Below the pieces are notes generated by a model that searched no databases, had not been told where the DNA came from, and was given only the letters and a program-made list of their open reading frames with translations. The position numbers and the translations under genes are program-made. This document shows, one piece after another, positions 26,901 through 40,000 of a DNA stretch of 64,000 nucleotides. Source of the stretch: Monocercomonoides exilis PA203 (lineage: Eukaryota; Protista; Preaxostyla); the NCBI GenBank assembly GCA_001643675.2, contig LSRY02000025.1:1116001-1180000 (forward strand). Direction: 5' to 3'. Numbering within the stretch: position 1 is the first letter of the stretch; each line of letters starts with the position of its first letter.

Positions 26901-26997
26901 GAAGTTGAAGAAGTTAAAAGAAGATTATGAAGCTCTCAAACAAAAAGCTGCTGAAAAGGAAAACGCAAAAACAAGTTCCAGTTGCGTTATCCTGTAA
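20970..26997 (+). CDS. Kinesin-3 family motor (KIF28/KIF1/KIF13-like): motor, coiled coil, FHA, KIF1B-like region, C2-like domain, C-terminal CaaX (CVIL)
   Basis: Motor motifs [54 protein letters not shown] and [11 protein letters not shown]-type [10 protein letters not shown] and stalk motifs EANDI and DPFF..LIG are present. Seven GT-AG introns lie in 21092-22714. Confidence 0.93.
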
Positions 26998-27552
26998 AAA
27001 ATCACTTCAAAAGCATATACATTTTACCTTCCTACCACCTATTTGCTAATCTCATTTCATTTAAAAAGCTTGTTAATAATTATTGTAAGTTTCTTTTAAA
27101 ATGTTTTTATTATGTTGGACATATTTAGATAAGTGCTGAGTCGAAAATGCTCAGTTCGCATTATTTTCGACGCATTTTTTTTGTTTCATTACAAACTTTT
27201 TTAAGTTTCTATTAAATTCAAACAATCAGTTACATAATCATTCACTTTATTCTCTATTTTTTGTATTTAAGAAATGAATTAATAATTGCAACATTGAGAA
27301 AGAGCAATGATAAATGCAAACATTCTTTTTAAAATGGTTTGAGAAATAAACACAATTAATGGAAGATGCTATCAAACTGCAACTATTCCTGACATTTAAA
27401 TTGTACAATGTAATTGTACATAAAAAACGAAACGAATGGAATGAAATGCTGCGACCATCAGAAGAATACTTTACAAAAGAATCATTTATGGACATGATAT
27501 ATGAAATGATTTATTGAGATGAAAAATGAAGTGAATAATAAATACACTAAAG

Positions 27553-30500
27553 CTATTGATGTGGTTTCGTGGTAGAAGAGGAGAAGGATGGAAGTGTTGT
27601 TGCCAAATTGGGCTGAATTGAAGTGGAAATTGAAGAGGAAGAGGCAGATGAAAAAGTCGAAGAAAGCATCATTGGATTGGTACGAGAATTGGTAACAGAG
27701 AAAAGGGTGTTGTCCTGAAATGGAGTTACATGCATGTGCGTTTCGAGTCGAGCAGCAGAAGAGATGAGCTGTTTCTGAAGAACAGATCGTATTTCATCAC
27801 TGGAATGTAACGATGAAAGCCAAGACGTCGATTCATTTTGCACCTATTTGATTCAATGAAAGAACCAAAACAACAACAAAAATTAAAAATCATATCCAAA
27901 AAGAAAAGGACAGTTAATAATAAAAATTATTATGAAATACAAACCTTTGACGCAAAATCTGAGAACGACATAATCAAGTGACCTTCTTCAGTCAACATTG
28001 TAACCCATCTTTCTAATTCATTCAAGCACTTTTGTATCTGCTCAATTTGCTGTTCTTGTTGTGATTTATTCAGCTCTGCCTCTTCTTGTTCCTTCCTCTT
28101 CCGTTCCTCCTCTTCAGCGCGGTGCAAACGGATCATTCTGAGAAGTGTGGAAGGAGATTGTGATGAAGTGCTTAATGCAGTTGATGTATTCTGAGTGGAT
28201 GAAGTAAGTGAAGTGGATAACATTGCTTGCTCCTGTTTATTTTGCTCTTCTTCTTTTTTCTTTGCTTGCTTTTCAATTCTGAATTTCTCTAATCTTTCCG
28301 ATTCCTTCAGCACTTCTTGCATTTGAAGTATTTGTTGAGCTATTTCTGCCTGCCATTCTGATATTTGCTTCTCAATGGACGGAATAAGCTGAGAAGAAAG
28401 AGCAGATCGCATCGTTTCAAACGAGCGATACAAATGGCTCAATACTCTCTGTGATATTCCTGAGGAAGCAGATGATGCTGATGAATAGGATGAAGAAGTC
28501 GAGTTTGGAGAGCCATGAAGTGATGATGAAAGCTCTGCATCTTTTGCTAAAGCAGTTCTATCATCAAATTTTGTGTTTTGATAAGTTGAAGTTCTTTCCG
28601 ATTGAATGCGAGTGTTTGATGGAGTGGCTAAAACATACTGATTTCCGTTTGAAAAGAACTTTTCTTTTTCAAAGAGTTGTGAATCCTCTTTTGTGTCTTT
28701 TCTAAGCTCCAACGAATTTTCTGTCTCTCCTTCTTCTCTTTCTTTCAAAGAAAGCTTATCCTGTTCTTCTTGTTCATTTTCCTTTTCCTCGCCTTCCTCA
28801 ACAAATGCAAGAGGATTCTGGATCTGATTTTTCATTGCAAGCAATTGCCTAACCAATCCCACAATCCGTTTCAGTTGAGCAGTTGTCTGCTGCCTTGCAT
28901 GATGTGCATCTGAAATAAAGACTGACATAACAGATGAGAGCGCATGCGCCAACCTTTGTAGCTTTGGTGGTAAAGGATTTTCCGTTTCGTCATCTTCGTC
29001 TGCTTCACTTGACCCAGCTGAAGATGGCTTAGAAAGACTTATTCCATATCGTTGTTGAGCAGATGAAAGAGCCCATTTGAGCGACAGCATTGAGACTTTT
29101 GCAGCATCAAGTGTTGATCTGGCAACTGTAACACATTTTTTAGATGATGACTGCTCTGAATCAAAAGAGGAATCAGATGAAAATGGAGACCGAAGAAGAG
29201 AAATTGGTAATGTGCTCGACAGAGCCGGAACATCTGGCGAAGCAAAAGATGATTGCGGATGGGAAAATGTTGAGGATAGAGAATTTTTTGTGGGTGATGA
29301 TGAAACCGACGAAAGCATCCCTTTCTTTTTTGTTGTTGATAAAGTGTCAAAATAAATAACAATCCGATTTCCTTCTCGTATTTTCGAATCATCTTCACTG
29401 TCATAATCACTTTCGTCTTCGTCTTCTTCTTCATTGTGATTATTACCAAATATCGTAGAATTTTGTTTCTGATACGATTTATTCTTGTTTTGAATCGTGT
29501 TCATCAATCCTTCGTCTGCTTCTTCATTCACAACCATTCCGCCCCATTCACAGAACAGCGCAAGATCATCAGCAACCTGATCAAATTCATTCTTCTCCTC
29601 TTCGATTTCATTGCGTTCTTCATCTTCATCACTGCTGGTTTCACTCGTTTCCTCATCAGTTGGACCGATCATCTCTGAAAGATGAAGATTCTCGCTTTCG
29701 TCATCTCCTCCTTCGCTTTCTTTGCCAAATTCAGCTTCTCCATTTTGTTTCTTTTCTCTCAACCTTTCCATTCTTCTCATTCTTTTCATTCTTAATGCTT
29801 TTCTCTTTTCCCTCTCTTCTCTTCTCTTTTTCTTTTCTTCTCTTTTTTCTTCTTTAACTTTCTTTTTTTGTATTAGTCGCTTCTGTCTTTTAATGTGATC
29901 CAAGCATCGCTCATGTATTGTTATACTGAGCAGTGAAAGCAGAGGATCATCATTATTTGAAGACAGCTTCTGAATAAGTGATTTGTATCGTTCTTCAACA
30001 ACAGCAACATCAGAAGCACTCAACGGGATGCTGACGGCTTCTGATGGAGAATGTGGTGATGATGAAGACGAGGCTGAATTACCCAAAGAATAACCTTCTG
30101 TTTGATGAATTAATATTTTGTTTTGTGGATTTTGAGGTGAAGATGATGCAGATGAAAAAGTCAATCTTTCTTTTTTGTAATTTCCACCATTTTCTTCTTC
30201 CTTTCGTTCTTTTCTTCTTCGCTTTTCTTCTCTTTCGCTCTGAGCAATAAGTGTCGAAATAGGATTGTTCATTTGTGCCCTCCGAAGAATACGCACAAAA
30301 GATGGAACTTTTCCTTGTCGCAGTTTTTGCTCTGTTATTTTCCATCGCCTTTCACTCTGGGATGTATTATGCTTCCTATTTTCATTTACAGACAATTGTT
30401 GTTGAGCTGAATTATCCAAAGGCGATGGAGTATTTAACATGGGCATATCCGAATTTTCTGCGGATGAAGAGGCTTTTGAGTTGCGAATGTTCCGCTTCGC

Positions 30501-32103
30501 TCGAAAACTTCGAAAAGAACCAAAACCTGTCTTTTCGCTGTCACTTTCATCCTGCGACTCATTTTGCATCATTTCTTCGTCTGTATTCTCATTTTCTGCC
30601 AAATCAGATGATTGACCATCAATTGCTTCTGCCTCAGCATTATTTTCAGCCTTTTCTTCCTCCATCTCAAGCTCCTTCCACAGTTTTTCTTCTCTTCTCT
30701 TTCTCGCTTCTTGCTCGCATTTCAATAGTTCTCCAATATTTTTGTCAAACAATAAATTTTCTGTTTCTCTTTCAATGAATTCTTCAATTGATATTTCATT
30801 TTTAGAGCTCGATTCTTTTCTCTTCAGCTTTCTTTTTCTGCTTTCTTCTGTGTCGTTTTCAGTTCCTTTGTCTTCCTTTCGTTTCTGTCTGAACTTCTCA
30901 TCATTGTTTTCTCTTTCTTTCTCTCTAACAATCTCTCTCTCTTTTATTTTCGAAAGTTGTCCAAATGCTTTTGCCAACAGTGCCTCTTCTCTGAGCATTG
31001 CTGCAGCAGCTGTTTCCGATGTTTCTCTCTCCTTCTCTTCATTGAATGAGACATAAAACAATGCCCATCTTTGGAGAAGTGCATACATCCGCACACACAC
31101 TGCCTTTCCTTCCAATGTTTCTCCTCGTGAGAGCCATAGCAATCGCTCGAGTTTTTTGCTAGCTTCTTCTCGTTCACTTAAACTTCGCAAATCAGCACTG
31201 TGCACTTTGTCAAGAGAGTCAATCTCCTTTTCTTTCTTTTTCAATTCTTCATTAAGCCTTTCAATCTTAAAAGCTAACTGTCCATTTTCCTTTTTTACTC
31301 TAATTATCTCTTCGTTAAGAATTTTGTTGGTTTTTATGCTTTGCTCCAAATCCTCTTTCGTTTGCTTTAAGTCAACAAGAACAGATTCCGTTGATCGCTG
31401 CATTGCGATTTGTTGATGTTGAATGATTTCCTCTTTTGACATGATTTGCTGTTTGGCTTCTTCTCTCAATTGCGCAATCTCTGCAGATTGCTTTTTAATT
31501 GTTACATCTCTGCTCTCAATTGCTTGTTTCATTCGCAGAAAGTCCGCTTTCATGGAGCGAACATTTGAAATGAATTTTGCTTCCATTTCAGTTTTTGATC
31601 TCATAACATTCTGCATATCAGTTCTCAATCTATCTTGTTCGGTTATTACCCGTAAAAGAGCCCCTTTGTGATCTTCAACAATCATTTGATGCCTATGATG
31701 TCGTGCTTTTTGCTCTTGAATTAATAATGAAGCTTCAATAATAAGTTGACTTATTTGCTTAAAACAACGTAAATTTAAAAATCCTAATTAGTATTGAATA
31801 TCACACGCAAACTGCTTTATTTTCCTGATCAATTTCAGCCAATCGAACGCTGGCTGAAAGTTTATCTTCTTGTTGCATCATTATAGTTTCTAATTCTTGA
31901 GGAGTAAGAGCAACATGCGCAAAGCCTTGTTCATTAAATGTCACAGAAGTTCGTGCAGTGGAAGGTGTTTCAGGAACTGAAGAATAAATATAAAATTGAA
32001 ATGTATGAAAAAAATAACATAAAGTGAAAAGTGTTCCGTTTATGACAACAATAAATATTTAATAAAACAACTTAATATATATCATACGGTTTTCCCAAAT
32101 CAT
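27553..32103 (-). CDS. Hypothetical large coiled-coil protein (4 exons)
   Basis: 1251-aa ORF with heptad-rich segments. It extends 5' (ATG 32103, introns ~31979-32087 and ~31759-31810) and 3' (intron ~27844-27944) through GT-AG introns. Confidence 0.7.
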
Positions 32104-32283
32104 GACCTCCTCTCTATTTGATTAAAAATATAAAAGACTTTTTTAAAAATTCAGTGCTCCATTATTTATTATTTCGTCGAAATCCAAAGTTTTTGTGAAA
32201 CGAATTAATAATGCAAATTACGAAATAAAAAAGTCATTAAAAACAATTTTCATTTTTTTCATGAAACCAATTTTTATCCATGA

Positions 32284-34688
32284 ATGAGAGAATTAAATGT
32301 TATTTTAATTCTTCTCTCTGCCATTCATGCATTTTCTTTGAAACTACCATTTTTTAATCGAAAAACTGTTCAGGAATTACCAGTTTTTTCTTGCGCAGAA
32401 GAAGATACAGCGAACATTCAATCTTTTTTCCTTCAACATGATTGCTCAAATTTAAGTACTGAGCAACAGCAGAAAGCTGCACTTATGTTATACAATACAT
32501 ATTCACATGAATTAGGTGATTGATTTTCATATTTATTTCATTTTATCCAAACTAATTATTTATTTTTTTATTTTTAAGGAATGAGTGAAATTCGATGCCG
32601 TAAAAAGGAAACGACTTCTCAATGCATCAGAAAGCATGGAACTCAACAAAGCAAACGTGCTATTTCTTCTATCATATTTTCTTTGGATTCTGTATGCTGG
32701 ACTCTTAAGCAAGAGGCATGGATTGCAAAGCTTAATAAAACAAATGAGAGGATATTCTCATTAAATAATCTACCACCTGAAATGCTTCAAAACGTAAATG
32801 AACTGAAAAGAGAATTTAATGGTATTGCAGAAACATTACGAGCCATTTCTTCCGAAGTTATTGTGGAGCAACAAGCTCATCTCTCTGCCTTAAAAGGTTT
32901 CAGAGAACTTCAAGAAAGTTCATTTAAAGAAACGATAACTACAGTTGATGAATTCTTACGTTGCCATCGTTTGTAATTGGATTATGTCATTTTGTTTATG
33001 CTATTTTTCGGATTTTTTAACTTTTAGATCAACTTGCTCTTTCTTTATCCAATATGACAAATCAACTTCGAAACAGCTTATCTGAATCTGCAAAAAACAT
33101 CAACATCGCGAGAAACATGGTATATACTCCGAAAATTCCTTTTTATTTCTATTTTTGCCATTGACAAAATATTTGCTTTTATTTATTAAAACATTATTTT
33201 TTATTCGGAAAATTTTGGAATAGTCTGAAAGTGCAAACCAGATGCTTGCTGGCGGAGCTCAATTGATGCAATTGATTGCGAGCACCTGGAATGAAACAAA
33301 TAGCCATTTTCTGTCTCTTTCAGAAGAATTAGACAAAGCTGAAGCGGCTGTGAAGGTGGCGCAGGACGCAAGCAAAGCGACAGGCGAGGCAACTGCAAAT
33401 GTGAAGAAGTGGTGGGGCGAGCTGAAGAGAATGATGACAGAGTATGCTGCAGAAGATAAGAAATGGAACCAATATCTGAATCAGGTTTGCTTTTTATTCA
33501 TTTTTAACATTCATCTTACACTGTTTGTATTGTTTTGTTGATCTTTTTCTTTTTTTTTATCGAAAACTTTCCCTTTGCTTGATAATGCACTTCAGCAATT
33601 GTTCAACATTTCTTCTACACTCTCTTCTCTTTCGCAGCTGCAGCAAAGCATAATAGCTTCTCAGATAACACTGGCAAATGAGCAGAAAGATTTCAAGAAG
33701 ACAGCCGAGATAGAGAAAGAAGCAGCATTTCGCAGAAAAGACATGTTGAAGGATTCATTGAATGAAATGCAGCAAGCTTCCACTGTATGAAAGTTGCTGT
33801 TTCTGTTGATAGCATTCTATTTACTGTTTATTCTCTATGCTTGCTGCATATGCATTTCTTCTGTTTTTTGTTTGGTTCTTTTTTAAACAGGAGGTCCAAT
33901 CAACAATTGATGACATTTCCAACTTTACCAACACAATGATGAATGAACTGAAAGTAAAAATGCGTCTCCTTATGAATTATACAGTCACAATCAAATGTTT
34001 GTCTCTGCTTTTGAAAATTTATTGATAAGCATCAAATTTGTTTTCTTTTTTGAATAAATGTTTCTTTAATTCTTTCTTCTTCAACGTTACTTCATTAAAC
34101 TTGCCTATGTTTCTCTTGTTTTGTGCGATGCTTTCTTCTTCAAAGCAATTACAATCAAAATTGAAACGGTGGTGTTTTATATTTGCATTTTCATCCTCTG
34201 CTTGATTTCAACATCAACGCCACATACCCATTCAGCACGATTCATTGTTTTGCTGCTCTTCTTCTCTCTCTTTTTCTTTGAAGTGACGATCAGTACAAAA
34301 ATCCGTTTTTCTGGAAAGCCAATTTTTCGTTCACCTTCTTCTGCAACTGAACCAACAGCAGCTGGAGATAATGATCCCAACAACTTCAATAACAACACAT
34401 TTATATCTGTGTCTCGTTATCTTTTCATGGGTGTTATTCTTGCAGTTCTTATACGTGCCACACTTGTTTATTCCAGACATCGGTCAAGACAAACGCGACA
34501 CCTTCTGTATATGCAGAAGCTCATGAACTCACAGAAACAATTTGTGTGCAGTTGATTCTTCTTTTATATTTATTTATTTGTCTTTCGTTATTTCCTAAAA
34601 ATTTTCTTTTGTTTAACAGATCGAGAATAATGATTTGGAGATAAGGCAAAAAATAAGAAAGAAGGAAAAGCAGCTAAAATTTGCATGA
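32284..34688 (+). CDS. GEX1: GEX1/KAR5/Brambleberry-like nuclear envelope fusion protein (~575 aa, about 8 exons)
   Basis: Signal peptide, then Cys-rich domain CSNLSTEQQQKAALMLYNTYSHELGMSEIRC..TSQCIRK..LDSVCWTLKQEAW, then a long coiled coil. Three C-terminal TMs follow, with the family-like VVFYICIFILCLISTSTPHTHSARF..FFE and SRYLF..ATLVY. Confidence 0.75.
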
Positions 34689-34899
34689 GCCTTTTATTTC
34701 CTCAACCAAAAAATTGATTCATATTTCTTTCTTTCTTTTTTTTTTAAAAAAAGCTAAATTTACAATAACAAAAAATATTTTTCTTTTTTTTTTGAAGCCA
34801 AAAATACTTTTAAATAAATAGCAAAAATTCTCAATGATAATAACACACAAATGTCTGCAAGACCTCAAAATAAAAAAATCAATCCAAAATCGCTTAATA

Positions 34900-36698
34900 A
34901 CTTTAAACTGAAATGATTCAAGGCTGCTTAATTTAGTCTTTTTCTTCCTTTCTTTCAGGATAAAGCAATAAATATCCTTCACCATTCATAGTGTGTGCAG
35001 CCAAAACATGTCAACAATTATATTTGTTGGAATAAAAAACATAAAAAGAAAGCATGACCATTTTCAGAGTTATCGAGTTGAACATAAATTAGTAGGCAAA
35101 AACAATATCAATAAAAACACACTATCAATCGTGCCTTTCAGTTCTTCTTCAGAAACAATCAAATTTTTTGCCTCTTCATACGTTACATCTTCAAAACTAT
35201 CAGGCCACATGTTTGTAGATTTGATGAAGTTCATCAAAGATTCTCTGTCATATACAGTTCCCCCTGGAGTCTTGACTGGATCCGACATTATCTAACAATT
35301 ATTGATTTTTTTGGTGTGTGTCATTATAAAGTACATAATACATATTTATAAGAGCAAAAATCCCAAATAATTTTCGATCAAACAATTGACCAAAAAAAAA
35401 AAAAAGGAATCAGACTTCTCTTGAAAGTGCGCAACGAAATCCCATGTTATCTTCTTCTTTCTTATTCATTTTTGCGAACTCTGGTGTTGGTTCGCGCTGT
35501 GGCTCGATATGTTCTTCTTCTTCTTCTTCTTTTGGTCTTTCTTTTATTTCCTGCTGAATCTCAGCTAATTGAAAATTATACGTAGATTGGCCAAATTGTG
35601 GGGCGCTAGGACCGATACTTTCTTCGATGCTTAATTTCAATTGTTCTTGTTCAGGAACAACATGAGCATATTGCCATTGTTGCCCATAAGAAGGCACAGC
35701 TGCAACTGGAAACGAAGGCAGCAATAAAGGATTAGAGGCAGTAACAGCTGCAGAAGATGGTCTTGAAATGTGACCTTGATTAAATGATGGAGAAGAGAAT
35801 GATACTGATGAAATGCTCGGCGTTGATTGATAGTTCAATCGCTTTCCGCAATTTGTAATTGAGACAAGCTCCATAACATGAGGCATTGTTAATGACCCTC
35901 TTTCAATGATGGTTGCACATACTTCTAATTCTATTTTTTGGTGAATCATTTATTAAAAATTAAATTAGCGAGCAAAAATAGAGCATTGCAAACGAGTATT
36001 TGGATCCCTCATCTTGCAAAACGATACAAAATTCTTGTTTGATAGCAAAACGAGAAGAACAACATCTTCAACTTTACTTGAGAAAAAAGGCGAAATAATA
36101 AACTCGATCGCAAGATATAAATTTTCTCGAAACTGAATCTCACGAAATTGTCGGAAAAATCCAACAAGAAGAATTTGAGTATTTTTCCAAATATTTTCAA
36201 AAAATCTGTTTGGTGCTTTTTGAGCATTGCTACCAAACAAATTCAAAAATCGAAAAACTGATATCGAAAAATTTGGGCGAGCTGAACTGTTAAATGGAAT
36301 TGCATCCACTTCCACTGAACTTTCTCCTGTGATCGTTAAGTTATATATATTTAAAAAATGATTGCGAAAGCTTTCAAATAAATGGAACAAAAATTACCAA
36401 GATTTCTTATAATTCCATCAAAATACAATGATTGGCCTATATCCCTTTTGTACCGGTACATTCCGAGAAGTTGAGGATTCATATTCAAAATAATGAAAAA
36501 ATTATCAATTCCTTGCTCAGGTGGATTTGGAAGAATTGTAACTTTATCATAAGAATCCATAACAACTTTTCCTTCCCATCTCACAACCTGATTCTCATAC
36601 TGAGAATGCCATAAATTAAGGAGTCTTTCATTAGAATGAGCAGAACAACTTGATATGTAATTATCCCAACTGTACAGGGTGTGGCACAGTTGGCTCAT
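34900..36698 (-). CDS. Protein with two tandem OB-fold-like (tRNA_anti/Wolframin-C-like) domains and a C-terminal U-box; 3' end uncertain
   Basis: OB-like YENQVVRWEGKV..IGQSLYFDGII and a second similar repeat. U-box FRCALSRE(I)MSDPVKTPGGTVYDRESLMNFI is split by an intron. Confidence 0.7.
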
Positions 36699-37089
36699 TT
36701 CAATAAAAAAATTTGTTAAGGGAAAAATTAAGTTCAAAAAACATAAAAAACGCATGAGTGCAAGATGCATAGCATCCTCTTTACGAAGCAAAACTAAATA
36801 AACAACAGATAAAGTAAAGAAATCAAATATTTGACTATTAAACTTTTAAAATTGTATAAAGTACGTCCAATACAATTCTCAGCAGACTTTCATTCAAAAA
36901 ACAAACGCTTTCGTAAAATAACCAAAAAGGTAATTTCATAAAAATAACAAAAATGATTGCAGAAACTCAAAAATGCAAAAAATTTAACTTTTAATAGAAA
37001 GAAAGAAAAACAGTTCAACAAAATATTTCTTCATAATTTTTTTATAAAAAGAGTGAAAACAATTACCTTTTGCATATAAGCAAATAACT

Positions 37090-40000
37090 TCAAATAAGGA
37101 AAAGAGCAGACACGATGGCAGCAAGAATCACAACGACTCCGCGAAATACAGTCGATATAATCCCATGTTTGTTCTTCTGGTTAGACTTCTGTGAGTATCC
37201 GAATTCGTATTTATCGCTCCTTCTGCCTCCGTCTCCCCAGAGTAATGTTCTTTCAGGGTAGCTGTCTGTCTGCCTTCTGCTGTTGATCCACTCGACCCAC
37301 TGCTGCGAATAGGGCAGGGTGCGGAAGAGGCGCTCGTGCTGCTGCTGCTGCATGTACCGGGAGAGGAGGGGGGGCTGGTAGAGGAAGGAGGATGGAGATT
37401 GAGAGAGGTGGGAGAGGGAGGAGGAAGAGGGAGAGGGAGAAGGAGAAGGAGAGGAGGAAGAAGAAGAAGAAGATGATGATGACGATGGCGACGAATGCGA
37501 AGAATGGAGAGGTTGCGCAGGAATAAGCTTTGTAGAAGACTTCACAAAAGGCGAAAAAGAGTTCTTGCGGGTGAACAGAGGATGGTGGAGGTAAGGGGAA
37601 TAGAAAGAAGGAGGTGAAGAAGACAAAAAGAATGACTCATCGAACATCGAAGAGTCGACAAATGAAGATGTTGCTCTGACAAAGTCTTTTGTGTCTGAAG
37701 GAGACGCTCTCTCTTTCACTCCCTTTTGAGCAGTGCTGTCTGCTGGGTATGTTCTGTGTGTGTCATTTGAAGCACTTTCACTTTCTTTTTCTCTTTCACC
37801 TTCACATTCAGAGTTGAGTGAAGGAGAAGAAGACATCTGAGTGAACGAGGCAAACTCGTGCTGATGGACAGCGTTTGTCAGCACAGACGGGGCAAACAGG
37901 GCGGACGGGGTGAATGCGCCAATGAAGATGGAGCGGAGCGGAGAGGGAGTAGAAGGAGAGACACTTTCGATGGAGGAAGGAGAGAAGAAGAAGAAAGTGG
38001 AGGTTAAGAGAGAGGAGGAGGGGAGCAATGGTGTGAAGGATGTGGAAGCAGAAGCAGAAGATGATGAAGTCGAAGCTGAAGAAGAAGAAGAAGAAGTTGT
38101 TGTTGTTGTCGTTGAAGAAGAAGACGTTCCTGCTTCTGCTGCTGTCTTCTGTGTGTCCTCAGATTCTGTCTGATTTTGTGTTGCATTGACACGAGAGGTC
38201 GATTCATTAGTCTCCAAAGCATTGTCCAGGTTGATAACAACACACTTGTTGAACATCTCATTCTCTTCCTCTTTCTCTTCACTGCTGTCATCTGAACTCA
38301 TTTCATTGTCATCATCATTTGGCCCATCTGTATGAACATCATTGTTCTCTTTGTAATTCTTCCCATTCTTGTTGGAAGAAGAAGAAGAAGAAGAAGAGGA
38401 AGATGATAAAAAGAGTCTATTTCCGCTCTTTCTTCCTGTCTCCTTTTGCTGTGCCTCATCTTCCTCTTTCCCATTCGCCGTCTCTTTTCCTTTCTTCTTT
38501 TCTGAGCCAAAAAGAGCACTCCAGATGTAATCGAGAAATGACTCTGAAGAATTAGAGGAGGTGTCCTCTTCAAATGCAGAGGAAGATGCTGATGAACCTG
38601 CAGAAGATGAATTCGGTGTTGTTGGCGTGGCTGTGGTTGATCCATTTTCAGATGTCATTTGTGAAGAAGTTGTCTGCTTAGCTTTCTTTGCAATTGGAAT
38701 GACTTGCTCAATCTCGAAAAAGACTTCTTCACAAAACAGTCCATTCGTTGCTGTGTTTCTGCTTTTGCTCATTTTATTTGACTGAACAGAAACAGAAGAA
38801 GAGTTTGTTGAATCATTCTTCTTCTGCCCTTCCACAGAAATATTGTTTTGCTTATCATTTTTTGCATTTTCATCTTCATTCTCTTTTGAGCTGTTCAATA
38901 TGGATGATATAACATCCTCTGTCAACTCTGTCAGCACTTCTGCCTCTTTCTTTTCTTCTGTCTTCTTCTCTTCATTGCTCTCCCATCTCTTCCACTCCAT
39001 TTGATTATCAACTCCATTCTCCTTCTTCCCAACAGCAGAGAATTTTGTGATAGTCTTCGCCAGCCACACTCTTCTGAGAGGATAAGAGAGACACCCATCT
39101 GCATCTCTCTTCCACCCAAAGCCATAAATAATCACTGGCAGTAAACTCGGCATCGAATATTGCTGATAAACGTGAGTGTTCATACCTAAGCTATTTTCAA
39201 TAGAATTTTCTGTTTTTCGCTTTGCTTCTAAGTTTCTTTCCATTCTGTTGCTTTCTCTCGCATTCCCCATCATTTCAATCTTTCTCCTTTCTTTTCCATC
39301 CAAAAACGACAAAAGCGCCTCTGTCTGCACAAATGCCACAACTGGCCCATGTTGATATATCAGCGACTCCAGCTGTGCAGTTGTTGTGTGTCTGCCTCGA
39401 TACAGCCGAAGGGGAGAAGAGAGAATGATCGGTGGAATTGGAGGAGGAGAGGAATGATGCTCTTCCTGGTTGGATGCAGATGCAGTTGAGGAGGATGAGT
39501 CATTGGATGAAGAATGTGCTTTGCTTTCCTCTTTCTTTTGCTCAGATTTTTGTGAGTTATTATCATCATTTTGTGTTTGCTGAGACATCTCCTTTTCATT
39601 CTGCCCTCTTTTGTCATCCTCCACATCGCCTTCATCATCACCCTTGTTGTCTTTCTCTGCATCCATCTTTCCCTCTGCCTGTCTCTCTTCATCGGAGCAG
39701 TATGTCTCTCCACCCACTCCAACGCAGTCTCCTCTCCACTCACACACCTTTTTCGACACAAACGCCACCAGCTGCTGTGTCTTCACTGCAGGAACAGAGT
39801 GGAAGAAGCGGTTGGTGACGGCTGTGCAGCACTGCCAGACAGAAGAGAGAAAGGTGTCTGAGGAAGGAGAAAGAGAAGGAGGATGATTGGGTGATGTTCC
39901 AGATTGGACAGTCGATGAGGAGGAATAGACAGAAGAGGAGGAAGATGACACACTTGCACTTTGGGAGTTCACATTGTTGCCATATTTCTGGTTGCTGCCA

